Below, one piece after another: positions 51,250-64,000 of a stretch of DNA of 64,000 nt. Made by a program: the position numbers and the translations under genes. The stretch lies in NCBI GenBank assembly GCA_044866315.1, contig JBIOTX010000088.1, positions 4,210 to 68,209 on the forward strand, written 5' to 3'. How positions within the stretch are numbered: the first letter of the stretch is position 1; the number at the start of each line of letters is the position of its first letter. This DNA comes from Thermoanaerobaculia bacterium (GTDB taxonomy: Bacteria; Acidobacteriota; Thermoanaerobaculia; Gp7-AA8). A model generated the notes under the pieces. That model saw only the letters and a program-made list of their open reading frames with translations. It did not search any database and was not told the origin of the DNA.

Positions 51250-51966
51250 ATGTGGCGCATCGAAACGACCGCCCTCGGCCGCATTGCCGTCCCGCCCGAG
51301 ATCCCGGCGGGATTCGCCGTCTTCGCCACCACCCGCGACTACCACGGCCGCATCACGCCCGAGATGGCGAACGCGATCACCGGCGTCGTCCGGGAGCGCT
51401 TCGGCCTGACCACCACCCTCACCACCTGCACCCAGGTCCACGGCGCGCGCGTGGCGCGCGCGCACCGGCAGAGCGCCTGGCGCGAGTGCGACTCCTGCGA
51501 CGCGCTCTGGAGCGAGGAGACGGGCGTCGCCCTGGCCATCAAAGTCGCCGACTGCCTTCCCGTCACGCTGATCGATCCCGCGCACGCCGTCGTCGCCAAC
51601 GTGCACTCCGGCTGGCGCGGCGCCGTCCAGCGCATCACCGCCGCCGCCATCGACGCCGTCGAGAACGCGACTCCTTTCGATGCCGCCGGCGCATTCGCCT
51701 ACCTCGGCCCCTCCATCCGCGCCTGCTGCTTCGAGGTTGGGGAGGAGGTGGCCGCGCAGTTCGACGCGCAGTATGTCGAGCGCACGCGCGCCAAGCCGCA
51801 CGTGGACCTCGTCGCCCTGACCACCGACCTCCTCCGCGCGCGCGGCTTCGCCCCCGAGCGGATCTCCGACTCCGGGCTCTGCACCCGCTGTGAGGGCTCG
51901 ATCTTCCACTCCTTCCGCCGCGACGGCGGAGGCGGCGGGCGCAACCTGGCCGTCGCGGCGCAGTAG
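51250..51966 (+). CDS. pgeF: Peptidoglycan editing factor PgeF / YfiH (DUF152, laccase-domain) protein
   Basis: TQVHG...ADCLPV...NVHSGWRGAV...CTRC...FHSFRRDG motifs. ORF 49954..51966 trimmed to MWRIE. Confidence 0.85.
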   Translation: MWRIETTALGRIAVPPEIPAGFAVFATTRDYHGRITPEMANAITGVVRERFGLTTTLTTCTQVHGARVARAHRQSAWRECDSCDALWSEETGVALAIKVADCLPVTLIDPAHAVVANVHSGWRGAVQRITAAAIDAVENATPFDAAGAFAYLGPSIRACCFEVGEEVAAQFDAQYVERTRAKPHVDLVALTTDLLRARGFAPERISDSGLCTRCEGSIFHSFRRDGGGGGRNLAVAAQ

Positions 51967-52022
51967 CACGCTCGGCATTTGCGTTGCACCAGAGCCGCGT
52001 CGATGATCGGCGCTGACCCACG

Positions 52023-54668
52023 ATGACCCAGGTACCTCCAGAGCCTCCCCCGACAGACGTCCCGCCGGCAGCGCCAACTCGTTCTCCCCGCAAGCGCTGG
52101 CAGCGTCCGTCCCGCCGCACCGTTTTCCGGGTGCTGCGCTGGACGTTGGCGTCGTTTTTCGTTTTGTTTCTGATCCTCGGCTTCTGGATCTATCGCTCCG
52201 CGGTCGGCCGCTTCCAGGTGCGCCGGCTGCGCCTGCCGACGCGCATCTACGCCGACTACACGCCGCTGCGGCCCGGCGTCGCCCTGCAGGCCGATGACCT
52301 CCTGGAGAAGCTCGACCGCCTCGGCTTTCGCGCGGTCGAGCGCCTGGCCCAGCCGGGCGAATATCTCCGCGACGGCGGGCAGATCGACATCTTCACCCGC
52401 GCCTTCGAGCACCCCAGCGGCCGCTACCCCGCGCAACCGATCCGCGTGGTCATCTCCCGCTCCCAGATCGACTCGGTGGTCTCCCTGCGCGAGGCCCGTC
52501 CGCTGGAGACGGCCGCCCTCGAGCCCGAGCTGCTCACGTCCGTCCTCAGCGAGCAGCTGGAGAACCGCAGCCCGGTCACGCTGCAACAGGTCCCGAAGCA
52601 TCTGCAGGACGCGGTCGTGGTCACCGAGGACGTGCGCTTCTGGGGTCATCTCGGCGTCGATCCCTTCGGCATCCTCCGGGCCCTGTTCAAGAACGTGAAG
52701 GCGGGCGGCGTGGAGGAAGGGGCGTCGACGCTCACCCAGCAGCTGGTGAAGAACTACTACCTCACCAGCGAGCGGACCATGCGCCGCAAGATCACCGAGG
52801 CGGCCATGGCCGTGATCCTCGACGCGCGCTACTCGAAGGAGGAGATCCTCGAGGCCTACCTCAACGACATCTACCTCGGCCGCAACCGTTCGATCTCCAT
52901 TCTCGGCGTGGGCGAGGCCTCGCGCTTCTACTTCGGCAAGCCGGTGTCCGAGATCGGCATCGCCGAGGCGGCGCTGCTGGCGGGGATGATCAAGAGCCCG
53001 AACAACTACTCCCCGTTCAACAACCCCGAGCAGGCCATGCGCCAGCGGAACCTCACTCTCCAGCTGATGTTGAAGGAGAAGAAGATCACCCCGGAGCAGT
53101 TCGAGAAGGCCCGCTCGGCGAAGCTGCCGCGCAAGCCCTTCCGGCAGAAGACCGGTCTGGCGTCGATCCCGTTCTACGTCGACCGGGTGCTGCAGGAGCT
53201 GGCCACGGAGTACGGCATCGACGACGTGAAGGGCCGCGGCCTGCGCATCTACACGGCCATCGACCTCGGCGCGCAGGACTCCGCCGCGCGGATCGTGGAT
53301 GCGAGCCTGCGCTCGCTGGAGCACTCCAGCCGGCGGCTGCGCAATCACGAGCCGCGGCTCGAGTCGGCGCTCATTCACGTCGACGTGCCCACGGGCGAGA
53401 TCCGCGCCCTGGTCGGCGGCCGCGACTACCAGCGCAGCCAGTTCAACCGGGCCCTCAAGTCCAAGCGCCTGGTCGGCTCGCTCTTCAAGCCGTTCATCTA
53501 CCTGACCGCGTTCGAGCCGAGCCTGTCCAATCAGAACATCACCCCGGCCACGCAGGTGAGCGACACGCGCTTCGTGCTCAAGAGGCGCTGGTCGCAGGAC
53601 TGGTCGCCGCGCAACTACGAAGGCCGCTACATGGGCACGGTCACGGTGGCCCAGGCGCTCGAGCAGTCGCTCAACGCCGCCAGCGTGCGCGTCGGCCTCG
53701 CCTGCGGCATCGAGCCGATCATCAAGACCGCGCGCACCCTCGGCGTGCAGACGGAGATGGAGGACGACCACCCGGCCATCCTCCTCGGCGCGGTCGGCAT
53801 CCCGCCGATGGAGATGGCCGAGGCCTACACGACGATCGCCCGCCAGGGCGCGCGCATGCCCCTCCGGGCCATCCGCTTCGTGACCGACGACCGCGGACGC
53901 GCAGTGCAGGGCCCGGCCAAGGCGGATCCGGAACAGGTCTTCCCGGCCCGCGACGTCTACCTCCTCACGCACATCATGGAGGGCGTGGTGAACAGCGGCA
54001 CCGCCGCCCGCTCGCGGGGCATGGGCTTCCGCAAGATCGCCGCCGGCAAGACCGGCACCACCAACGACAAGCGCGACGCCTGGTTCATCGGCTTCACCCC
54101 GCAGACCCTGACCCTGACCTGGGTCGGCTACGACGACAACGACCCGACGGGCCTGTCCGGCTCCGACGCCGCCGTCCCCATGTGGACGCGCTACATGCTC
54201 GCCGTCACCGCCGGCCAGCCCAACACCGACTTCCCCGTCCCCAGCGGCATCTCCTTCGCCGAGATCGACAAAACCAGCGGCGGCCTGGTCACCTCGTACT
54301 GCCCCCAGAACGCCATCGTCCGCGAGGCCTTCAAGACCGGCACCGAGCCCTCGAGCACCTGCCCCCTGCACCTCGCGTCCCTCCCGCCGCCGGTCGTGCC
54401 GATGTATGACGAGTTCGGGAACCTGATCCCCACACCGCTGCCGCCGACGACCACCGACACCGCGCCGATGACGGAGACGACGGGAACCTACGCCCCGCCC
54501 GAGAGAACCCTGACCGGCGGCGTGTTCCGCACAGACACGGCGCCACCGCCACCGCCACCACCGACCACCACCACGACCACCGCCCCTCCTCCGCCGCCGC
54601 CCACGACGACGACAACGACCACCACGCCCCCGCCGGTGAGTACGGATACGACGGGAACGGACGGGTGA
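52023..54668 (+). CDS. Class A penicillin-binding protein (PBP1A family: glycosyltransferase + transpeptidase) with Pro/Thr-rich C-terminal tail
   Basis: GT51 motifs EDVRFWGHLGVD, GASTLTQQ, RRKITEA. TPase motifs SLFKP, SLN, KTGTT. Tail PPPPPPTTTTTTAPPPPPPTTTTTTTTPPP. Confidence 0.93.
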   Translation: MTQVPPEPPPTDVPPAAPTRSPRKRWQRPSRRTVFRVLRWTLASFFVLFLILGFWIYRSAVGRFQVRRLRLPTRIYADYTPLRPGVALQADDLLEKLDRLGFRAVERLAQPGEYLRDGGQIDIFTRAFEHPSGRYPAQPIRVVISRSQIDSVVSLREARPLETAALEPELLTSVLSEQLENRSPVTLQQVPKHLQDAVVVTEDVRFWGHLGVDPFGILRALFKNVKAGGVEEGASTLTQQLVKNYYLTSERTMRRKITEAAMAVILDARYSKEEILEAYLNDIYLGRNRSISILGVGEASRFYFGKPVSEIGIAEAALLAGMIKSPNNYSPFNNPEQAMRQRNLTLQLMLKEKKITPEQFEKARSAKLPRKPFRQKTGLASIPFYVDRVLQELATEYGIDDVKGRGLRIYTAIDLGAQDSAARIVDASLRSLEHSSRRLRNHEPRLESALIHVDVPTGEIRALVGGRDYQRSQFNRALKSKRLVGSLFKPFIYLTAFEPSLSNQNITPATQVSDTRFVLKRRWSQDWSPRNYEGRYMGTVTVAQALEQSLNAASVRVGLACGIEPIIKTARTLGVQTEMEDDHPAILLGAVGIPPMEMAEAYTTIARQGARMPLRAIRFVTDDRGRAVQGPAKADPEQVFPARDVYLLTHIMEGVVNSGTAARSRGMGFRKIAAGKTGTTNDKRDAWFIGFTPQTLTLTWVGYDDNDPTGLSGSDAAVPMWTRYMLAVTAGQPNTDFPVPSGISFAEIDKTSGGLVTSYCPQNAIVREAFKTGTEPSSTCPLHLASLPPPVVPMYDEFGNLIPTPLPPTTTDTAPMTETTGTYAPPERTLTGGVFRTDTAPPPPPPPTTTTTTAPPPPPPTTTTTTTTPPPVSTDTTGTDG

Positions 54669-54826
54669 ATGAAGAGGTTCGAGTGAAGAATTAAGAGGGA
54701 AGAGGCCCGCCCGGCCCCGCGAGATCGCGGGGCGGGTCTCTCAATTCTTCCCTCTTCCCTCGAACCGCTTCATTCCGGTCCCGTGCGCCTTCATCTTCTG
54801 CCTTCTGCCTTCTGCCTTCATCTTCC
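54667..54826. repeat. REP1 family element, copy D, with (TTCTGCC)x3 flank, starting at the PBP stop codon
   Basis: gaatgaagaggttcgagtgaagaattaagagggaaga...attcttccctcttccctcgaaccgcttcattcc...cttctgccttctgccttctgcc. Confidence 0.85.
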
Positions 54827-54832
54827 CCCTTC

Positions 54833-55216
54833 GTGTACGCTATCCCCATGTCAGACGATCCCAAGAAATCCGTCACCGACTCCCTTCGCGACTGGGGTAT
54901 CGACGTGGAGAAGTTCGCCGAGCGCTCGAAAGAGTCGATGGAGGCGGCGCGCGGGGATCTGAGCGAGATCACCGGCACGCTGCGGGCGACGCTGGTCGAG
55001 GCCAAGGACGTGCTCATCGGCCTGCAGAAGTCGCGCGGCGGGCCGGCCGCGGCCGAGCTCAAGTCCGGCTTCGAGCGCGCGTGGGCCGAGATCGAGCGCG
55101 CCTTCAGCGCGGCGCGGCAGAAGGCGAAGGAAGCCGCGGCCGCGGACCAGTCCGCGCCGCCGCCGACCGAAGAGAAGCCGACGGAAGAGAAGCCGCCCGA
55201 AGAGCCACCCATGTAG
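54833..55216 (+). CDS. Hypothetical helical protein with Pro/Glu-rich tail
   Basis: 127-aa ORF (alternative ATG at 54848). Amphipathic helical sequence. No family recognised. Confidence 0.45.
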   Translation: MYAIPMSDDPKKSVTDSLRDWGIDVEKFAERSKESMEAARGDLSEITGTLRATLVEAKDVLIGLQKSRGGPAAAELKSGFERAWAEIERAFSAARQKAKEAAAADQSAPPPTEEKPTEEKPPEEPPM

Positions 55217-55226
55217 GGTCGGAGCG

Positions 55227-56126
55227 ATGAACAGACGACTGCTGCTGTTCGCGCTTCTCCTCCTCCTCGCCGGCGCGGCCGTCGCCCAGACGCCGCGCGA
55301 CGCCAGCCGCTACGAGCGCGTCCTCCTCCCGTTCCACGCCTCGGTGTCCAACCCGAGCGGCGTCTGGTCCGTGCAGTGGTGGTTCCGCAACGAGGGCGGC
55401 GCCGCCGTCGACGCCTTCCCGCTCGCTACCCAGTGCGGCCTTCCTCCTCCGCCGCGACCCGACGGCCCGCTCGTGTTCGTCCTTCGCAATCCGTCGCTGC
55501 CGTCCCGGACCTCCATCTCCTGCCCGGCGGGCGACGCCCTTCCGTCGGTTCTCATCCCTCCCATCGTGCCGGTGGTCAGCGCCGCGCCGGGCGCGTTCCT
55601 CTACATCGAGCGCGCGGGCGCCGGCGACGTCATCGTGAACGGCACGATCCGCTGGTTCTCCCACGGGCTCTCCGGCTCCGCGGTCGAGCTGCGCGGCATC
55701 CGCGAGACGTCGTTCCTCCGCGGCACGCGCAGCGTCATGCCCATCCCCGTCGTCGCCGACCGCCGCTACGCGATCCGCATCTACGCCCTCCCCGAGTCGC
55801 TGGCGTCCTCGCCGCGGGCCACCGTGCGCGTCTACGAGATGCAGCCGGTCACGGCGCGTCCTGAGGAGCAGCTGCGGGCCACGATCTCCGTCGAGCTGCA
55901 GGTTCCGGCAAGCCGGATCCTCCCGTGCGAGCTCTGCGACGTCCCCGCTGCCGGCTACGTCCCCGCCGTCGCCCAGGTCTTCAATCTGTCGATCGGCTCG
56001 AACGAGCCCCGGCCGTCGACGCTGCGGATCGAGATCGAGCCGGAGTCGCCGGACCTGCGCTGGTGGGCGGTGGTGTCGGCCACGCACAACGCCACCAACG
56101 AGATGGCGTTGTATCAGCCGCGCTGA
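55227..56126 (+). CDS. Hypothetical secreted protein
   Basis: Signal peptide MNRRLLLFALLLLLAGAAVAQ, 299 aa, coding-like composition. No family recognised. Confidence 0.6.
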   Translation: MNRRLLLFALLLLLAGAAVAQTPRDASRYERVLLPFHASVSNPSGVWSVQWWFRNEGGAAVDAFPLATQCGLPPPPRPDGPLVFVLRNPSLPSRTSISCPAGDALPSVLIPPIVPVVSAAPGAFLYIERAGAGDVIVNGTIRWFSHGLSGSAVELRGIRETSFLRGTRSVMPIPVVADRRYAIRIYALPESLASSPRATVRVYEMQPVTARPEEQLRATISVELQVPASRILPCELCDVPAAGYVPAVAQVFNLSIGSNEPRPSTLRIEIEPESPDLRWWAVVSATHNATNEMALYQPR

Positions 56127-56130
56127 CGCG

Positions 56131-56585
56131 CTACCGCGACAGAACCTCGATCGCCTTCTCCAGCTGCTCGTCCCGGCCTTCGCCGATGCCTGCGAGGGTC
56201 GGCGACACCGGCACAGTCGGGGCGATGCCGACGCCGTGATGCCTCGAGCCGTCGTGCTTGAGCACCTTCATGCCGGTGAAGACCACCCGGTAGCCGCCCG
56301 GGAGCTGGACGATGTTGATGTTGCCGTTCGTGCCGGCGGTGGTCTCTCCGACGATCGCGGCGAGCTTGTAGGCCTCGATGATTCCCATCCACGACTTCGA
56401 TAGATGCTGCGCGGATCCATGCTGCCGCCGAGGCCGTGGTGCTCCCAAGCGACGACGGTGGTGGCATTCGCCGGCTTCGCCGTTCCGGGTGCCGCTCTCG
56501 AAGTCGAGGTTCGGCGCGGTGTCTGCGGCGGCGGAGAGGGTGTTTAGAATGCGGCTCAGACGTTCCAGGGGGCGTTTGGGTTTTT
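56131..56585 (-). pseudogene. Remnant of an S41-family (tail-specific/Ctp-like) peptidase: N-terminal fragment fused to the C-terminal ~90 aa, no start codon
   Basis: C-terminal part IVGETTAGTNGNINIVQLPGGYRVVFTGMKVLKHDGSRHHGVGIAPTVPVSPTLAGIGEGRDEQLEKAIEVL matches the S41 C-terminal signature. The same frame upstream reads ...LERLSRILNTLSAAADTAPNLDFESGTRNGEAG... without ATG/GTG. Far too short for an S41 enzyme. Confidence 0.45.
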
Positions 56586-56587
56586 TG

Positions 56588-56685
56588 GTGTCATCCCGAG
56601 CGGGAGCGAGGGACCTGGGCGGGCGGGAGGCACGAGACGCGCGCCACCGCCCGCCCAGGTCCCTCGCTCACGCTCGGGATGACAC
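56588..56685. repeat. REP2 family palindromic element, copy 4
   Basis: gtgtcatcccgagcgggagcgagggacctgggcgggcggg...ccgcccgcccaggtccctcgctcacgctcgggatgacac. Confidence 0.85.
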
Positions 56686-56688
56686 TAT

Positions 56689-58011
<1,323 letters not shown>

Positions 58012-58027
58012 TGACGACGCGGGAAGT

Positions 58028-61113
<3,086 letters not shown>

Positions 61114-61117
<4 letters not shown>

Positions 61118-64000
61118 GCCGAGACGTCCCTCAGCCACGTGCCCGTGGTCGACTCGTCGGCCACGCGCACGCAGTTGCGGCCGGAGTGCTTCGCCGCGTA
61201 CAGCGCGCGGTCGGCGCTGGCGACGAGCGCTTCCGGCGTGGCCTCACCGGTCGGGGTCATGGCCGCGACGCCGCAGCTGGCGCTCACGAGCTTGCTGCTG
61301 CCGTTGCCGTAGTGAATGCCGAGGCGCTCGATGCCGGCGCGGAGGTTCTCGGCGACGACGATCGCGCCGGCGGCATCGACGCCGGGGAGGAGAATGGCGA
61401 ACTCCTCGCCGCCGTAGCGCGCCACCACTTCGCCGCTGCGGCGCACGGTCTCCGCCAGGAACCCGCCGACGCGGCGCAGGCATTCGTCGCCTGCGGGATG
61501 GCCGCGGCGGTCGTTGAGATCCTTGAAGTGATCGAGGTCGAGGAGGATCAGCGCCAGCGGGGTCTCCCGGCGGCGGGCGCGGTTCCATTCGTCCGACAGG
61601 GAGCGCTCGAAGTAGCGGCGGTTAGCGATGCCGGTCAGGTCGTCCTCGAGCGAGAGGGCCTCGAGGCGGGTGTTGGCCTGCTCGAGCAGCTGCACGGTCT
61701 GCTGCAGCTCGCCCGTCTGCTCGTCGACCTTGGCCCGCAGCACGGCGGCCTGGCGCTGGAGCGATCGCGTGCGGGCGCCGATGATCAGCAGGATGGCCGC
61801 GGCGATGAGGAACGCCCACAGCGCGTAGGCCCACCGCGTCCGATACCACGGCGCGAGGACGGTGAACGACCAGCGCGCCTCGCCGCTCGGCTGCGTGGCC
61901 GGGCCGCGCGCGCGGAGGCGGAAGGTGTAGTCGCTCGCGCCGAGGGTCGTGTAGTCGATGAACGTCTCCGGGGTCCAGCTGCTCCAGTGCTCGTCGATCG
62001 GATCGAGGCGATACTGGTACTCCACGCCGGGGCGGTAGGACGCGGGCGCGAACTCGATGCGGATGCGGCCGAAGTCGTGGCGCAGCTCGACCGGCGTCTG
62101 CTTCTCGGACGCCTCATCGTGGAGGACCTGGTTCTCGCCGGCGACGACGCGGCGGATGAGCGGGGTGGGCTGGGCGGCGGCAACGTCGCTGCTCGCCGCG
62201 GGCTCGTAGCGGAAGAGGCCCTTGTCCGCGGCGAACCAGACCGTGCCGTCGGCGTGGGCGCGCAGGGTCTGGATGTCGGCGGCGCTGACGGAGACGAGCG
62301 GCTTGCCCTCGCGCGCGTACTGCCCGTTCGCGCGGCGCTCGTACACGCGCGGCGGGGTGGAGTTGATCCAGACGTCGCCGCGCGCGTCCCGGACCATGGC
62401 GAAGAACCCGCGCGGGGTCTTGACGTGGCCGAACACCGCGTCCGGCTCCAGCTCCCCGCCGGCGCCGACCTGCAGGGCCGCGCCCGTGGCCTGCACGAGC
62501 ACGATCCGCCCGCCGATGTCGTAGACGTTCATCTCGCCTTTGCCGAATGTCCGCACGCGCTGCTGCGGCGAGCGCGGCTCGTCGACGCGGACAACGCCGT
62601 CGAAGGCCGATCCGGCCCAGATCACGCCGTCCTTCTCGATGATCGAGGAGATGTACTCCGGCGCGCCCGGAAGCACGCCCTCGTACTGCCACTTCGCGCC
62701 GTCGCGGCGCAGGCTGCCGATGCCGTTGCGGATGGCGATCCAGACCCGCGACGGATCCGCCGCAGAGCGATGAAGGTCGTACATCTCGCCTTCGACGGCC
62801 AGGATCTGCTCCGGCACCCCGCCCTCGCGCATCTGGTAGACGCCCTTGCTCGTGCCGATGAGGAGCACGTCCTCGAGCGCGAGCAGGCGCCAGGCGCCCT
62901 CGCGCAGTCCCTCGACGCGCGCGATCGCGCCGTGCTGATCGATCGAATAGAGGCCGTGCGAGCTCGTGGCGTAGAGGCGCCCGCGGAAGCGGGCCACGTC
63001 GCCGACGCCGCCCTTGAGGCCGCGGCGGGCGTCGAACACGGTGACCGGCGCGCCGACGTCGATGCGCACGAGCGGCCCTTCCATGGCCAGCCAGACCGCG
63101 CCCTCGCGGTCGACGAACAGGTCCAGAATGACCGCGTCGGGCAGACCGGCCTCGTCGTGGATCTCCTGCTCGATGTTCCCCGCCGGGTCGACGATGACCA
63201 CGCCGCTGCGGCGCGAGGCCAGGACCATGCGGCCGTCGCGCAGCAGCACCCCGCCGCGGGCGACGTCCTTCTTGATCCACGCCGACGCTGCGGACGCAAA
63301 CGGGGTGGCCTTGTCACCGTCGACGACGAAGAGCCCCTCATCGCGCACCGCGGCGAGGAGCGTGCCGTCGGCGCGGCGCACGAGCGCGTCGACGTGGCGG
63401 TCGATCGGTCCCTTCGTCAGCGCCAGCGACTCGAGGTCGAGGCGCTGCATGCCCTTCGGGCCGATCAGCCAGGCGTAAGACTGCTCCGCGTGGCAGCCGC
63501 GCGGCGCGGCCTCGCGGTCGAACTTCGCCGCCACCCGCGCCTCCCGCCCGTTCCACAGGATCACGCTCGTCTCGGTGACGTAGAGGAACCCCGCGGGGCT
63601 GGTGCAGAGGTCGCGGACGTCGCCGAAGGCGCGCTCGCCCGCCGGGAGCTGCGGCAGGAGGGAGCGGAAGGCCTGGGCGCCGGAGGCGTCGCGGCCGAGG
63701 AAGCCTAGGTCGTTGACCATGCCGATGGCCACGGTCCCGGCCGCGTCGGCGGCCAGGGAGAGCGCCACCTGCTCGTCCGGGAGCTTCATCAGCCGCCACC
63801 AGGCCCCGTCCCAGGTCAGAAGGCCGTGGAGGTTCCCGAAGTAGAGGATCCCGCGCCGGTCCTGGGCCACGTCGAACGTCTGCGGCCCGGCCTTGTGGGT
63901 CTCGGGCGGATAGACCGTGAGCAGGGGGAATCCGCGCTCCGCCGCCGGCGCGCAGAGCGGAAACAGCGCGGCGAACGCCCACGCCAGAACGGCGCGACGG
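61114..64000 (-). CDS. Periplasmic beta-propeller/Y_Y_Y sensor - TM - coiled coil - GGDEF diguanylate cyclase; 5' end beyond the window
   Basis: RYGGEEFAILL (GGEEF) with RxxD-like context. Propeller-type repeats. The reading frame stays open upstream of the listed GTG (63870) to position 64000, reading ...AWAFAALFPLCAPAAERGFPLLTVYPP. Confidence 0.88.

Noticed and set aside
54480-54668. Pro/Thr-rich repeats at the PBP C-terminus, and similar low-complexity linkers in both kinases, as separate repeat elements.
   Set aside because: These are in-frame low-complexity linker regions of well-supported proteins. Only the exact 18-bp tandem at 16709-16759 was kept as a repeat feature.

Overview
High-GC (roughly 68-70% by eye) chromosomal segment. 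Its gene content suggests Acidobacteriota (inference): a ~1000-aa CarboxypepD_reg-type TonB-dependent receptor, BNR/sortilin-like proteins, DUF3857 transglutaminase-like proteins, several Ser/Thr kinases and abundant palindromic intergenic repeats. I call about 53 protein-coding genes and see no rRNA, tRNA, CRISPR array, transposase or integrase. Clear housekeeping genes are rimO, rho, arfB, pgeF and a class A PBP. There is also a B12/iron-type ABC importer, a molybdopterin oxidoreductase subunit, a D-aminoacylase, and c-di-GMP, two-component and Ser/Thr-kinase signalling genes. Many long ORFs in the track are antisense or out-of-frame GC artefacts and were discarded. Several starts were trimmed to internal ATG/GTG codons with signal peptides or Shine-Dalgarno sequences. 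The most interesting observations are: (1) At 41.15-48.93 kb, five tandem paralogous secreted proteins (DUF11-like Ig domain + GSLREAI motif + parallel beta-helix + Ig-like C-terminal domain ending in TSELSAPVPVP); the first copy is frameshifted, the second lacks the N-terminal domain, and copies 3 and 4 share identical 59-nt tracts. (2) At 37.4-39.1 kb, a lower-GC islet between convergent core genes carries a small HTH-like gene coupled to a TIR-like/deoxyribosyltransferase-like protein (candidate defence module) and a DUF4258/DUF2283-XRE toxin-antitoxin pair. (3) A secreted protein with 18 mature cysteines lies directly upstream of a DsbA-type oxidoreductase. (4) A pseudo-receiver/Ser-Thr kinase/TonB-C fusion, and a GGDEF - hybrid HK(Hpt) - kinase-REC operon. 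(5) Three families of structured palindromic repeats, one with heptanucleotide microsatellite flanks. (6) A repeat-dense 0.5-kb convergent intergenic region at 48.9-49.4 kb. (7) An A10 tract inside a DUF4388 gene. All family assignments come from motif recognition by eye, not from searches.
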